DNA of 64,000 nucleotides from NCBI GenBank assembly GCA_041656935.1, contig JBBACQ010000001.1, positions 93,459-157,458 of the forward strand. The letters are read 5' to 3'. Numbering within the stretch: position 1 is the stretch's first letter; every line of letters begins with the position of its first letter. Shown one piece after another: positions 63,104-64,000 of the stretch. The position numbers were made by a program, and so were the translations under genes. The notes beneath the pieces are model-generated. The model saw nothing but the letters and a program-made list of their open reading frames with translations. It was not told where the DNA came from and did no database searches. This DNA is from Patescibacteria group bacterium. GTDB taxonomy: Bacteria > Patescibacteriota > Patescibacteriia > Patescibacteriales > UBA12465.

Positions 63104-64000
63104 TTAATTATTGTCAACTCTCACTATGTCAGCCCCCAATTTTCTAAGGCGCTCATCAATTTTTTCATAGCCTCGATCAATCTGATAAATATTATCTATT
63201 TCCGTGGTTCCTTTGGCTATTAAGGCTGCGATAACTAAACCAATCCCGGCCCTAATATCAGGACTAATAAGCTTCTTGCCGTAGAGCTTACTAGGACCAG
63301 CGATAACGACCCGGTGAGGATCGCACATAGTAACATTAGCTCCCATTTGAGATAACATATCAGTCCAAATTAAACGACGATCATAAATGGTTTCATGAAT
63401 TAAGGACATTCCCTTAGCTTGGGTCATTAAAACCGCATAAGGAGACTGCAAATCGGTAGGAAATCCTGGATATTCATGCGTTTGAATGCTATAAGGACTA
63501 AGATTACTGCTTTTTTTAATCTTTATCCAATTTTTTCCAATAGAAAAATTTACTCCGATTTTTTTAAAAACACTTAACAACACCGCCAAGTGTTCGGGCT
63601 CACAATTTTTGATAGTTATGTCCGAGTTTGTCGCCACAGCCATAATAGCGAAAGAGCCAGCCTCAATTCGATCAGGCATAATATTTATATCGCCACCCCT
63701 TATTTTTTTAACTCCCACTATAGTTATCGTTGAGGTCCCAGCTCCACTAATTTTAGCTCCACATTTATTTAAATAATCAGCTAAATATTTTATTTCTGGC
63801 TCCATAGCACAATTTTTTAAAACAGACTTCCCCTCAGCTAAACAAGCTGTCATCATCAAACTTTCAGTCCCAGTAACCGAAACTTTAGGAAAGAAAAAAT
63901 TTCCAGCTTTTAATTTTTTAGCTTTAATGCTATAAAAACGATCTTCAATTTTTATTTCAGCTCCCAAGGCAGAAAAACCGTCTAAAAACAAATCGATCGG
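63104..64000 (-). CDS. murA: UDP-N-acetylglucosamine 1-carboxyvinyltransferase, C-terminal part (5' end beyond window)
   Basis: VSVTGTESLMMTA..., HEYPGFPTDLQ, IYDRRL, IDRGYEKIDERLRKLGA. The frame stays open to position 64000; the track 'M' at 63991 is a TTG. Confidence 0.9.
   Translation of the reverse strand, partial: PIDLFLDGFSALGAEIKIEDRFYSIKAKKLKAGNFFFPKVSVTGTESLMMTACLAEGKSVLKNCAMEPEIKYLADYLNKCGAKISGAGTSTITIVGVKKIRGGDINIMPDRIEAGSFAIMAVATNSDITIKNCEPEHLAVLLSVFKKIGVNFSIGKNWIKIKKSSNLSPYSIQTHEYPGFPTDLQSPYAVLMTQAKGMSLIHETIYDRRLIWTDMLSQMGANVTMCDPHRVVIAGPSKLYGKKLISPDIRAGIGLVIAALIAKGTTEIDNIYQIDRGYEKIDERLRKLGADIVRVDNN

Overview
This is a gene-dense, very AT-rich bacterial chromosome segment, mostly transcribed on the minus strand and made up largely of housekeeping and cell-envelope genes.

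Gene content in window order:
- A partial membrane-protein gene at the left edge, missing from the ORF track.
- A sigma-70 region-4/HARE-HTH protein and a GT2.
- The tail of the ribosomal-protein/alpha operon: infA-rpmJ-rpsM-rpsK-rpsD-rpoA-rplQ, then rplM-rpsI.
- alaS and a partial dcw cluster (mraY-ftsW-murG-murC-murB).
- A GT2/DUF2304-like pair.
- Two compositionally atypical genes: a roughly 50% GC orphan and a beta-barrel-like secreted protein.
- A DEAD-box helicase.
- A surface-glycan locus: a polytopic membrane protein, two GT4 genes, and rmlA/D/B...rmlC.
- hisS, rpmE-prfA-prmC.
- A 12-kb co-directional array: mreBCD-pfkB-HIT-receiver-adaptor/ABC exporter-second mreB-GT4.
- ruvA, a U32 peptidase-family gene, a short pyk, htpX/lemA, ileS, rarA, a P-type ATPase, and a histidine kinase.
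- tRNA-Thr(UGU) and tRNA-Lys(UUU).
- dnaB, ybaB, recR, rplU, and the 3' part of murA.

Several proteins are domain-reduced: RpoA has no alpha-CTD, and AlaRS and pyruvate kinase are short. Together with the low GC, this looks like a streamlined, possibly CPR/Patescibacteria-like genome. That is inference only and cannot be confirmed without searches.

I saw no rRNA, CRISPR array, transposase, integrase or recognisable defence system.

Most notable observations:
1. dnaB is one reading frame interrupted by a single TGA at a conserved Arg codon.
2. A 736-bp non-coding island of nested 77-nt repeats and two roughly 135-nt extended palindromes splits rmlB from rmlC. Related repeat units occur at two other loci.
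3. A GC-rich palindromic element is inserted in-frame in a membrane-protein gene. Related fragments fill the ruvA-U32 spacer and supply the 3' end of the U32 ORF.
4. A self-contained high-GC orphan gene cassette has a consensus promoter, a structured leader, a strong SD and a terminator.

All coordinates of small features were hand-indexed from the printed sequence and may be off by a base or two.
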